21,986 bases of DNA, from assembly GCA_046328255.1 (NCBI GenBank), contig JAXLWY010000026.1:1-21986 (forward strand), given 5' to 3'. The notes beneath the pieces are model-generated. The model saw nothing but the letters and a program-made list of their open reading frames with translations. It made no database searches and had not been told where the DNA came from. This stretch comes from Dehalococcoidia bacterium (GTDB taxonomy: Bacteria > Chloroflexota > Dehalococcoidia > UBA2979). Positions 8,652 through 16,798 of this stretch are shown here, in pieces; within the stretch, counting starts at the first letter, position 1; each line of letters starts with the position of its first letter. The position numbers were made by a program, and so were the translations under genes.

Positions 8652-9257
8652 CTAGGAAGTAAGACGCCCAGCGGGGGACGTAAGTTCCCCGGTGGCGAGC
8701 AGGATGTCGCGCAGCCGTCCACGCGCCCGGCTGATTCGCGACTTCACTGTGCCGAGGGGCAGTCCCGCGGCGATCGACACCTCCTCGTAGGACAGGCCGT
8801 GCACGTCGGTCAGCACGACGACGAGACGCCACTCCTCGGGGAGCTGGAGGAGCGCGCGCTCGAGGGCGGCGCGCAGCTCAGCGTTGAGGGCGGCCGCCTC
8901 GGGGCTGGGTCCGGGATCCGCAGGGTCGGGCGCGCTCGCCTCACCCTCGAGCGCCGGCGCATCGAGGGAGCGCGTGGGACGCCGCCGCTGTCGTCGCAGC
9001 TCGTCCCGACAGGCGTTGGCGGTGATGCTGAGGAGCCACGCGCGGAAGTGCTCCCCTCGGAAGCTCCGAATGGCGCGAAACGCCCGCACGAAGGCCTCCT
9101 GCGTGGCGTCCTCGGCGGCGGCACGCTGTCCCATGAAGCGGTAGGCGAGGCTGTACACCTGGTCCTGGTGCGCAAGAACCAGGCGGTTGAACGACTCCAC
9201 GTCGCCCGCCTGGGCGCTTCGAACAAGCTGCTCTAAGTCCACGCGGGCGGGCTCCAC
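8652..9257 (-). CDS. ECF (sigma-70 family, group 4) RNA polymerase sigma factor
   Basis: 201-aa with region 2 (FNRLVLAHQDQVYSLAYRFMGQRAAAEDATQEAFVRAFRAIRSFRGEHFRAWLLSITANACRDELRR) and region 4 (LPEEWRLVVVLTDVHGLSYEEVSIAAGLPLGTVKSRISRARGRLRD). GTG start. Intact. Confidence 0.85.
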   Translation of the reverse strand: MEPARVDLEQLVRSAQAGDVESFNRLVLAHQDQVYSLAYRFMGQRAAAEDATQEAFVRAFRAIRSFRGEHFRAWLLSITANACRDELRRQRRRPTRSLDAPALEGEASAPDPADPGPSPEAAALNAELRAALERALLQLPEEWRLVVVLTDVHGLSYEEVSIAAGLPLGTVKSRISRARGRLRDILLATGELTSPAGRLTS

Positions 9258-9380
9258 CTGGTACGCCGCGGGCGCGCCTCCGTGCTGCGCTGTCAGCCGC
9301 CCCGAGGCCGAGGGTGGCGCATCGAGCGGGATCCGCGGGGCACGGAGCTCCTCGATGCTCCCCGAGGTGTGGAGGCGCGA

Positions 9381-10212
9381 ATGGGACTGGCGACCGGCCG
9401 AGCCTGCTTCACGCGGCCGAGCGCGGCGGCTATGCGGTGCCCGGATTCAACGTCTCGAACCTCGAGCTGGCGCTCGGCGTGCTCGATGCCGCGCGTCTTT
9501 GCGCGCGCCGGTGCTGCTGCAGTTCAACACGAGCAACATCACGCACTTCGGCGGCATCGAAGTGGTTGCGGCCACGGCCCGCACGCTCGCAGCCTTGCCG
9601 AGACGCCGGTCGCGGTCCACCTCGATCACGGGACCTCGCTGCCGCAGGTTCGAGCGGCGATTCGCAGCGGGTTCACGTCGTTAATGTTCGATGCGATCGA
9701 CGTTCTCGCTGGAGCGCAACACGCGCGAGACGCCCGCGCGGGCGCGGCGGTCTCCTCGAGGCGGGGCTCGCCCTCGAGGCCGAGCTCGGCCACGTCGGCG
9801 GGCGCGAGCCGGGCGTGGCGACCTCGGAAGCGGTGTCACCGAGCCCGAGGACGCCCGCCGGTTCGTCGAGGCAACGCGCGTCGACGCGCTGGCGGTCTCG
9901 GTGGGAACGGCGCACGGCATGGCGGGCGACGTGAACCTCGATCTCGTCGCCGCGCTCCGAGAGGCCACACGCGGCCTGCCGCTGGTCCTGCACGGCGGAT
10001 CCGGCGTGCGATCGAGTCAACTCCGCGAGGCCGTGCGCGCCGGCATTCGCAAGGTCAACATCTCGACGGAGATCCACGCCGCGTTCGCTGCTTCGCTCGC
10101 ACAGGGCGTGGATGCCGACCCTCGACCGGCGTTGAATCGAGCGCGTGCCGCTGTTGCCGATGCTGCGTCGTCACGCATCGAGTTGCTGGGCGCCACGCGT
10201 CGAGCCTGGTGA
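9381..10212 (+). pseudogene. fba: Class II aldolase (fructose-/tagatose-bisphosphate aldolase, FbaA/GatY family), ≥5 frameshifts
   Basis: Pieces in three frames: MGLATG | SLLHAAERGGYAVPGFNVSNLELALGVLDAAR | APVLLQFNTSNITHFGGIEVVAATARTLAA | TPVAVHLDHGTSLPQVRAAIRSGFTSLMFDAIDVLAGA | LEAELGHVGGRE | EDARRFVEATRVDALAVSVGTAHGMAGDVNLDLVAALREATRGLPLVLHGGSGVRSSQLREAVRAGIRKVNISTEIHAAFAASLAQ...SRIELLGA*. First shift within ~7 codons of the ATG. Confidence 0.7.
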
Positions 10213-10290
10213 TACATAATCAGTTCACTTATCCGCGCGCTTCTTCGGGAAGCCGCGCGTGCGAACTGATCTCGGGGCTATACTCGGGCA

Positions 10291-11065
10291 ATGCGCGAGC
10301 CGATCAGCCAGGATCTCCCTCGGGTGCAGACGCCCGTCCTTGTCCAGACGCCGGTGGTCCTGACCGCCACGCATCAGGGCCTGATCGACTTCGACCCGTG
10401 GGAGGCCGAGTGGCAGCAGCGGCCGTGGGCTGCGGCGCCCGCGAGGCGCACCCCGCTTTCGATGATCCCTTACCAGTGGCTGGCGGAGGTGTTGAGGTCG
10501 GGCGCTCGCGCTTCTTCATGTTCATCGCCGTCCAGCAGGCCTCCAGAACTTCATCGTCGATGGCGGCTCGATGGAGCCGAACTTTCATTAATGGCGAGTT
10601 TGCTCATCGTCAACAAGGTCGCGTTCCGCACGCTGAGCGTCCTGTTGCTCCCGTTCGTCGACAAGACGTGGAGGCCATTCGGGCTGCCAAAGCCAGGCGA
10701 CGTGGTGGTCTTCGAGTTCCCCCAGGACCCCTCGCGCGACTTCATCAAGCGCGTGATCGCGGTGCCCGGCCAGCAGGTCGAGGTGCGAGAGGGCCGTGTG
10801 TACATCGACGGCCAGGTCACCGACGAGCCCTACCTCGCCGAGCCGCCGCATTACCAGTACGGCCCGATCGGTGCCGGAGGGCAACCTGTTCGTCCTCGGT
10901 GACAACCGGAACAACTCATACGACTCGCATTCATGGGGCATGCTCCCCGAGCACTTCCTCATCGGACGCGCCGAGTTCCGCTACTGGCCGCTGTCGGCCG
11001 CGGGTCGGATCACCAGCCCCGCCGAGGCCTCCTCGACTTCCGGAGGCAGTGCCACATCGCAGTAG
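10291..11065 (+). pseudogene. lepB: Signal peptidase I (LepB), several frameshifts in the N-terminal/catalytic region
   Basis: Box B FIVDGGSMEPNFH (frame 2, runs into TAA), then LLIVNKVAFRTLSV...GLPKPGDVVVFEFPQDPSRDFIKRVIAVPGQQVEVREGRVYIDGQVTDEPYLAEPP (frame 1), then VPEGNLFVLGDNRNNSYDSHSWGMLPEHFLIGRAEFRYWPL* (another frame). TATACT hexamer 6 nt upstream of the ATG suggests a leaderless transcript. The N-terminal ~70 codons are not confidently resolved. Confidence 0.65.
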
Positions 11066-11076
11066 ATCCCGTCGTC

Positions 11077-11616
11077 GTGCGTGCGTTCGAGGATGCCGGC
11101 GCGTTCCTGCGCGGGCACTTCCAGCTCGCGTCCGGACGCCACTCCGATGCGTACCTCGAGAAGTTCAACCTCCTGCAGTGGCCGCCACAGACCGACGTGG
11201 TATGCGCGCGACTCGCCGAGGGCGGACGTGAGTTCGCGCCTCAGATCGTCGTCGGGCCGACCACCGGCGGGGTGATCATCGCCTACGAGGTCGCCCGCCA
11301 CCTCGGACTGCGGGGAGTCATCGCCGAGCGCGACGAGGGCGGCCGCTCGATCGGCCGGCACTTCCGCCTCGAGCCGGGCGAGCGTGCGCTCGTCGTCGAC
11401 GACGTGCTCACCACAGGCGGCTCGGTGCGAGAAACGCTCGAGGCGGTGCGGAGGGCGGGCGGGGTCCCGGTCGCCGTGGCGGTCATGGTCGACCGCTCGG
11501 GCGGCAAGGTCGACTTTGGCGTGCCGCTGTTTGCGGCGACCGAGGTGGAGATGCAGACCTGGGAGCCCTCGGACTGCCCCCTCTGCCGTGACGGCGTTCC
11601 CCTCGAGGTGACCTAG
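11077..11616 (+). CDS. pyrE: Orotate phosphoribosyltransferase
   Basis: GTG start 12 nt after the lepB stop. (M)RAFEDAGAFLRGHFQLASGRHSDAYLEKFNLLQWP...IVVGPTTGGVIIAYEVARHLGLRGVIAERDEGGRSIGR...ALVVDDVLTTGGSVRETLEAVRRAGGVPVAVAVMVDRSGG (PRTase type I fold, PRPP-binding motif). Intact. The track ORF 10933..11616 over-extends upstream into lepB. Confidence 0.8.
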   Translation: MRAFEDAGAFLRGHFQLASGRHSDAYLEKFNLLQWPPQTDVVCARLAEGGREFAPQIVVGPTTGGVIIAYEVARHLGLRGVIAERDEGGRSIGRHFRLEPGERALVVDDVLTTGGSVRETLEAVRRAGGVPVAVAVMVDRSGGKVDFGVPLFAATEVEMQTWEPSDCPLCRDGVPLEVT

Positions 11617-11741
11617 CTCGGCATCGCACGAGCCTCACCCGACACGCACCCGCAAGGCCTTCCTCACCTAGACAGTCCTCGACGCAAGCCCGATCGTGAT
11701 CCGCGCAACCGTGATGGTGTCCGGAGGCCCGGAGGCGCACG

Positions 11742-13823
11742 ATGCCGTTCGACCTGCCTCAGATCGCGTGGTTGACGACGGCGCTGACCATCGGCATCCC
11801 TGTCCTCCTGCTCATCGTCCTCATCGGGCGGCCGCTCGTGAACATCGGCGGCGAGGAGGTGGGTCTCGTCGAGCGGCGCTACTTCGGAGCCGGACTTCCG
11901 GAGGGCCGCGTCATCGCGATGCCGGGCCAGGTCGGCATCCAGGCGCGCGTGCTGCGCCCGGGCCTGCACGTCCTCTTCCCGTACCTCTATCGAGTGCAGA
12001 AGCGCCCGATGATCGTCATCGGCGAGAACGAGGTGGGCATCGTCGAGTCGATCGACGGGAACCCGCTCGCACCGGGACACATCTTCGCGCGGCGCATCGG
12101 CAGCCACGACCTCTTCCAGGACGGCGAGGCCTTCCTGCGCGCCGGTGGCCAGAAGGGTCCCCAGGTCGACGTACTCCCGCCGGGCCAGTATCGAATCAAC
12201 ACCTACCTGTTTCGCATTCGCGTCGAACCGGCCCTCATCGTGCCGGCGAACCAGGTGGGTGTGGTCAGCGCTCGAGACGGTGAGCAGATCGAGGCGGGGC
12301 GCCTGCTCGCGTCGCAGACCGCCGGGCACAACTCGTTCCAGGACGGCGAGGCGTTCCTCGCAAACGAGGGCCAGCGCGGCCCCCAGATCGACGTGATCCT
12401 GCCCGGCCGCTATCGCCTCAACACCGACCTGTTCAGCGTGCAGGTCGCGCCCGCCACAGTCGTCGGGGCCGCGATGGTCGGGCAGGTCACCGCGAAGGAC
12501 GGCGAACCACTCCCCTCGGGTGAGCTCGTGGCCGCGAGCGTCACGGGACACACCGACTTCCAGAATGGCTCGGCGTTCCTCGCGGCCGGCGGTCAGCGGG
12601 GCCCGCAACTCGACCTCCTGCGGCCGGGTACGTACTACATCAACCCCTTGATGTTCGACGTCACCCTCGACGACGTCGCGGTCGTGCAGCGCGGCCAGGT
12701 GGCGGTCCTCGTATCGAACGTCGGGCCCGAGCCGGACCGGCCTCAGGCAGAGCGCCTCGCCGAGGGCCTCGAGCGCTACGTGGTGCCGCAGGGCTTCCGC
12801 GGAATCCAGTCGGAGGTCGCAGGGCCGGGTGTGTACTACCTCAACCGCTGGGCCTACCTCGCCTACGTAATTCCGACGACGAACCTCACGATCGACTGGG
12901 CCGAGGAAACCACCATCATCACCGAGCAGTCGGGGCCGCGCACCCAGACCGACGAGGAGCCCGAGCCTCGCCGCCTGCAGCTCTTCAACCCGCTCTCCGT
13001 GATCAGCCGTGACGGCTTCGAGATGAAGGTCTCGGTGAAGGTGATCATGCGCGTGCATCCCGAGCAGGCGCCGCTGATGGTGGCGAAGATCGGCTCCGTC
13101 CAGAACCTGATCGACCACGTCATCCACCCGATGATCGACTCGTCCTTCCGCAACCAGGCGTCGTCCACCGAGGCGATGTCATTCATGCAGGACCGCGCCG
13201 TCGAGCAGGAGAAGGCCGAGGTGCGCGCGCGCGAGGAGATGGAGAAGTACCACGTCGAGTGCGTGCGGGTGCTGATCTCGCAGATCATCCTGCCCGAGGA
13301 GTTGATGCACATCCACACGCGGCGCGTGATCGCGATGCAGCAGCAGGAGATGTTCATCGAGCAGCAGAAGTCGGAGCAGCAGCGCATCGCCACCGAGAAC
13401 ACGCGCGCACAGGCCGACCAGCAGATCAACCTCGTCTCGGCGCAGATTGGCGTGCAGATCGCCGAGCAGAACCGCCAGACCACGGTCATCGGCGCCGAGG
13501 GCCGCGCGCGCGCCATCGAGCTGGAGGGCAACGCTGAGGGCTCGAAGATCCTCGCGATCGGCAACGCCACCGCCGAGGCCTACGACCGCCAGCAGAACGC
13601 GATCGGCCAGGCGAACCTGTTCGGCATCGAGATCGCGAAGTCGATCGCGGGGGCCGGGCTGAAGATCACCCCGGACATCGTCGTCGGTGGGGACGGCGGC
13701 GGCGGGATGTTCGCGGCGTTCCTCGCGCAGATGCTCGCGGGCGGACGGGTGCCGGCGCTGGTGGGCGGCGGCAACGGTGGCAGTCCCGCGGCGGCACCGG
13801 ACTCCGAGATGCCCTCGAACTAG
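11742..13823 (+). CDS. Flotillin-like SPFH/band-7 family membrane protein with expanded N-terminal repeats
   Basis: 693-aa uninterrupted ORF. N-terminal TM (IAWLTTALTIGIPVLLLIVLIG), then 3-4 tandem ~60-aa repeats (FQDGEAFLRAGGQKGPQVDVLPPGQYRINTYLF / FQDGEAFLANEGQRGPQIDVILPGRYRLNTDLF / FQNGSAFLAAGGQRGPQLDLLRPGTYYINPLMF). Then SPFH core and a flotillin-type heptad region (EQQKSEQQRIATENTRAQADQQINLVSAQIGVQIAEQNRQ...AIELEGNAEGSKILAIGNATAEAY) and a Gly-rich tail. Confidence 0.85.
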   Translation: MPFDLPQIAWLTTALTIGIPVLLLIVLIGRPLVNIGGEEVGLVERRYFGAGLPEGRVIAMPGQVGIQARVLRPGLHVLFPYLYRVQKRPMIVIGENEVGIVESIDGNPLAPGHIFARRIGSHDLFQDGEAFLRAGGQKGPQVDVLPPGQYRINTYLFRIRVEPALIVPANQVGVVSARDGEQIEAGRLLASQTAGHNSFQDGEAFLANEGQRGPQIDVILPGRYRLNTDLFSVQVAPATVVGAAMVGQVTAKDGEPLPSGELVAASVTGHTDFQNGSAFLAAGGQRGPQLDLLRPGTYYINPLMFDVTLDDVAVVQRGQVAVLVSNVGPEPDRPQAERLAEGLERYVVPQGFRGIQSEVAGPGVYYLNRWAYLAYVIPTTNLTIDWAEETTIITEQSGPRTQTDEEPEPRRLQLFNPLSVISRDGFEMKVSVKVIMRVHPEQAPLMVAKIGSVQNLIDHVIHPMIDSSFRNQASSTEAMSFMQDRAVEQEKAEVRAREEMEKYHVECVRVLISQIILPEELMHIHTRRVIAMQQQEMFIEQQKSEQQRIATENTRAQADQQINLVSAQIGVQIAEQNRQTTVIGAEGRARAIELEGNAEGSKILAIGNATAEAYDRQQNAIGQANLFGIEIAKSIAGAGLKITPDIVVGGDGGGGMFAAFLAQMLAGGRVPALVGGGNGGSPAAAPDSEMPSN

Positions 13824-13928
13824 CCTTCGCTCGCCGACGCTTCAGACTGCCGCCATGCGACGCGGCCGCAACTGGCGGGGGTGAGGGCAGCCTGTGGGGA
13901 ATCCGCCCTCACGGCGACCGGGCCTCGC

Positions 13929-13944
13929 GAGGCCCACCGCCCAC
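13929..13944. terminator. Palindrome gggcctcgcgaggccc between convergent flotillin and CaCA genes; candidate bidirectional terminator
   Basis: Perfect 16-nt inverted repeat immediately 3' of the CaCA stop (13948) and ~105 nt 3' of the flotillin stop. A second hairpin, gtgagggc-N17-gccctcac, lies at 13891-13923. Confidence 0.3.
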
Positions 13945-13947
13945 GCG

Positions 13948-15192
13948 CTACGCCTCCGCGTGCGCCTCGGCGAAGGCCTTTGGATTCTTGAACACCTGGA
14001 GCGCGGTGCCAACCAGCTCACCCACCTGGCGGTACTGGCGCAACGCGATCAGGACGGCAAGCACGATGTAGAGGACGCCGATGCCGACGCGGAGCTCCTC
14101 GATGAGAACTGCGATGCCGGGCGATAGCTCACCGAATACCGGCGCGACGAACTGGATGGCGAACAGGACGAACAGCAGCACCGCCTCACGGCCGGACAGG
14201 CTGAGGCTGGCAAGGACTGCGACCGCGAAGATCGACTGCGCCGCCGTCAGGAACATCTCCTCGCGCGCCAGCGTTTCGAGGGGAAGCGCCGCCGTGCTGC
14301 GATCTGAGACTGCGTAGGCAATCGGCAGGCCGCCCACGAGCAGCGTCCACTGGTTCACCTTCGAAGAGATGAGCGCCCCCATCGCGACTGCCGCGCGACC
14401 TCGCCACGCGAGGATGAACGTGACCACGAACTCGGGCGCCTCCGAGGCGACAGGCGCGAGCCACTGCACGAGCAGGAACTCATCGATGCCGATCTCGGTT
14501 CCCACGTGCACGAGGCCGTGGGCGAACGGCTCGGCCGAGGCAAGGATCGATCCCGCCGAGTAGACAAAGAGCGCGCCCACCACGCTGCGTCGCTGCAGGC
14601 GCGGCAGCGCGCCGATCATCCTCGCGGGGCCGACGAGCTCGGGGTCCTCTGCGGGCGCCCTCGCGAGGACCGAGACGTAGGCGACGAAGATCACGCCGAG
14701 GATGGCGGCGTCGAGGAGCGACACGGACGCCTTGAACGGGATCACAAACGAGTAGAGCGTCGCCAGCGTCAGCGCCACCACCTCGAGCGAGTAGCTGCGT
14801 TCGAGGATCAGCGTGCCGACGCGTGTGCGGAAGTAGAGGATGGCGACGATCAGCGGCCATGCCGCGCCGATGAGCAGTCGATTGCCGCCGGTCATGTTCG
14901 CGATCGCGAATTTTGCCTGCTCAGGATCGCCCGGCGCGTGCCAGGCGAAGGTCATGCTCACGGCGTACTCGGGAAGGACGGCGATCAGCGCGATGAACGC
15001 GACCGCCACGCCCTGCGCGACGTCCACCTCGGACGCCTCGGCGCTCCACGCGAGGAGGAACGCGGCGGCGACGATCGAGAGTCCGTAGAGCGCGGTGTCG
15101 GAGGCCGTGCCGATGTGGTAGCCGCCCATGCGCAGCATCAGTCCGGGAATGGCACAGAGCAGTGCGACGACGACTATCGTCCGGTTCCCCAA
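13948..15192 (-). CDS. Cation/Ca2+ exchanger (CaCA) family antiporter
   Basis: Polytopic membrane protein with two alpha-repeat-like segments (LAWSAEASEVDVAQGVAVAF and QWLAPVASEAPEFVVTFILAWRGRAAVAMGALISSKVNQWTLLVGG). The track ORF extends to 15369, but the first ~60 codons look non-coding (Arg/Ser-rich). Probable start near 15192 (TTG) or an internal Met; start is uncertain. Confidence 0.7.
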   Translation of the reverse strand: MGNRTIVVVALLCAIPGLMLRMGGYHIGTASDTALYGLSIVAAAFLLAWSAEASEVDVAQGVAVAFIALIAVLPEYAVSMTFAWHAPGDPEQAKFAIANMTGGNRLLIGAAWPLIVAILYFRTRVGTLILERSYSLEVVALTLATLYSFVIPFKASVSLLDAAILGVIFVAYVSVLARAPAEDPELVGPARMIGALPRLQRRSVVGALFVYSAGSILASAEPFAHGLVHVGTEIGIDEFLLVQWLAPVASEAPEFVVTFILAWRGRAAVAMGALISSKVNQWTLLVGGLPIAYAVSDRSTAALPLETLAREEMFLTAAQSIFAVAVLASLSLSGREAVLLFVLFAIQFVAPVFGELSPGIAVLIEELRVGIGVLYIVLAVLIALRQYRQVGELVGTALQVFKNPKAFAEAHAEA

Positions 15193-15332
15193 CGCATCCT
15201 CCGATGATCCGTTCTCCCGGCTCCGGTCATCATCGTGCCTCGGGCAGCACCGCGCCACGAGGCGTACCTCGCCAGATGGCCGCGCGTAGACTCTCGTCAC
15301 CCCACGGGCCAAACACGCATTGAGGGAGAGGG

Positions 15333-15848
15333 ATGATCCGGGACGTCGAGCTACGGGACGCTGGGCCAAAGGGCAGAGGCGTGTTCGTGCGACGGAGTTT
15401 TCGGCGCGGCGAGTTCATCTTCCGTCGCAGGCAGGGTCCGGCGCTCACCGCTTCCGAGATCAGTCTGTTGTCGGACGATGAGCGAAGGCACCTGTGCGAG
15501 CTCGACTGGAACCACAGCGCAGTGCTCTTCCCGCCGGGCTGCTACCTCAACCATTCGTGCGAACCGAACGCGATGAGAAGCGGCGTGAAGGTGTTCGCAT
15601 GGCGGGATGTGGAGGCAGGCGAGGAGATCACCATCGACTACCGGCTCAACGCCTTCGACGACACCGAGCGGTGGCCGTGCCTGTGCGGGCACTGCGCCGG
15701 CACGGTGACGGGGAGCTTCTTCGCGTTATCCATCGCGCGTGCCGACGCCTACCTGCCGTACGCGCCGCGCTTCATCCGGCTCGAGTACCAGAGGCGACGT
15801 GTGCTCCTCGAAGCATCTCGCTCACGGGCCGCCATCGATGTAGCGTGA
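15333..15848 (+). CDS. SET-domain protein (putative protein-lysine methyltransferase) with Cys-rich post-SET motif
   Basis: GRGVFVRRSFRRGEFI..., NHSCEPNA, EAGEEITIDY, and post-SET WPCLCGHCAG. GGGAGAGGG RBS directly upstream of the ATG. Confidence 0.8.
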   Translation: MIRDVELRDAGPKGRGVFVRRSFRRGEFIFRRRQGPALTASEISLLSDDERRHLCELDWNHSAVLFPPGCYLNHSCEPNAMRSGVKVFAWRDVEAGEEITIDYRLNAFDDTERWPCLCGHCAGTVTGSFFALSIARADAYLPYAPRFIRLEYQRRRVLLEASRSRAAIDVA

Positions 15849-15852
15849 AGCC

Positions 15853-16467
15853 ATGTGGCTGCAGAGCACGTCGCGGTACCCGCTCGACGAGGTGCGCACG
15901 CTCGTCGAGTTCGCGATGGCCGAGATCGACCATGGCGAGCTCGCGGTCCGGGTCAAGAACACCCGCGACATCTATCGAGGCCGCGCGTACGACGGCCTGC
16001 CCTCGATCTCGGCCGCGCAACGCCAGCCGGGCATGACGCGCCTCGTCACGCTTGCGATCGGCGCGCCCTCGAACTTCCCCACGACGAACGAGGTGCGCAC
16101 GGCGCGCTGGCGTCGAGTCCGCGAGGGCGAGTCCCTCGATGGCGTGCGAGCCTCCGACCTCCGACGCACCCGTCCGAACGCCCGCTCCGGCGCCCGAGCG
16201 CGCACCGGCGCGCCCGCCGACCCGCGAGGTCAGCTCGAGCGGCGCGAGGTGCGCACGCACGGCTACGGCGGAGTTACGTCGCCGGTCGTCGAGATCGCCG
16301 ACTGGCAGGAGGCGCTGGTGGCGGTCGCCTCCCACGAGGCGCGCCACATCTGGCAATACCAGCACGACGCGCCTCGGAGCGAGGTGGATGCGGAGCGTTA
16401 CTCGGCGGCGCGCCTTGCACTCTGGCGCGAATGGCGCGCATGGCGCGAAGGCCCCATCGCGATCTGA
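15853..16467 (+). CDS. Hypothetical protein with HExxH (HEARHIWQYQH) zincin-like motif, co-transcribed with the SET gene
   Basis: Starts 5 nt after the SET stop. High GC3 across the whole ORF, including the Arg-rich central linker. C-terminal GYGGVTSPVVEIADWQEALVAVASHEARHIWQYQHD resembles HExxH-x(n)-H metallopeptidase-like families (DUF45/SprT/DUF4157-like), but no family can be assigned by eye. W-R-E/A triplet repeat at the C-terminus (LALWREWRAWRE). Confidence 0.5.
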   Translation: MWLQSTSRYPLDEVRTLVEFAMAEIDHGELAVRVKNTRDIYRGRAYDGLPSISAAQRQPGMTRLVTLAIGAPSNFPTTNEVRTARWRRVREGESLDGVRASDLRRTRPNARSGARARTGAPADPRGQLERREVRTHGYGGVTSPVVEIADWQEALVAVASHEARHIWQYQHDAPRSEVDAERYSAARLALWREWRAWREGPIAI

Positions 16468-16528
16468 CCGCGGACGTTGCGGCGCCTCTCGCCGTCCGGG
16501 ACACTGAATCGCGCACACGGAGGGCCAC

Positions 16529-16798
16529 ATGTGGAAGCGACGTCGACGTCGTGCGCTGGGCAGGCGGAAGCGATTCCCGCTCGCGATCATGGGCCTGATC
16601 CAGTTCGCGCTGCTGGTCGCCGCGCAGATCGATCTCCTGCGTCGTCCAGACGCCGCTGTGCGCGGGCCGAAGTGGGCCTGGCGCGCGGCCACGCTCGTGA
16701 ATTTCGTCGGTCCTCTCGCGTATTTCGCCCTCGGCCGTCGCGAGGTTGCACCCGCCTCATCCGCACCGGCGGTACCGAGCGCGTTCGAGCCGGCCTAG
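16529..16798 (+). CDS. Small membrane protein with PLD-nuclease N-terminal-like (PLDc_N) domain
   Basis: MWKRRRRRALGRRKRFPLAIMGLIQFALLVAAQIDLLRRP...PKWAWRAATLVNFVGPLAYFALGRRE. Two hydrophobic helices around a conserved D/R...KW...PxxGP...GRR pattern typical of PLDc_N mini-proteins. GGAGGG RBS 6 nt upstream. Its 3' end overlaps the convergent amidase stop by 4 nt. Confidence 0.6.
   Translation: MWKRRRRRALGRRKRFPLAIMGLIQFALLVAAQIDLLRRPDAAVRGPKWAWRAATLVNFVGPLAYFALGRREVAPASSAPAVPSAFEPA

Noticed and set aside
9282-11231. 649-aa plus-strand ORF across fba, lepB and the pyrE start
   Set aside because: It is a chimeric read-through of out-of-frame pieces of three genes and consists of low-complexity Arg/Ala/Pro runs. 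The real genes are recognisable in other frames.
11664-13127. 487-aa minus-strand ORF opposite the flotillin gene
   Set aside because: It is the mirror-frame artefact of a very high GC3 gene. The flotillin reading is unambiguous.
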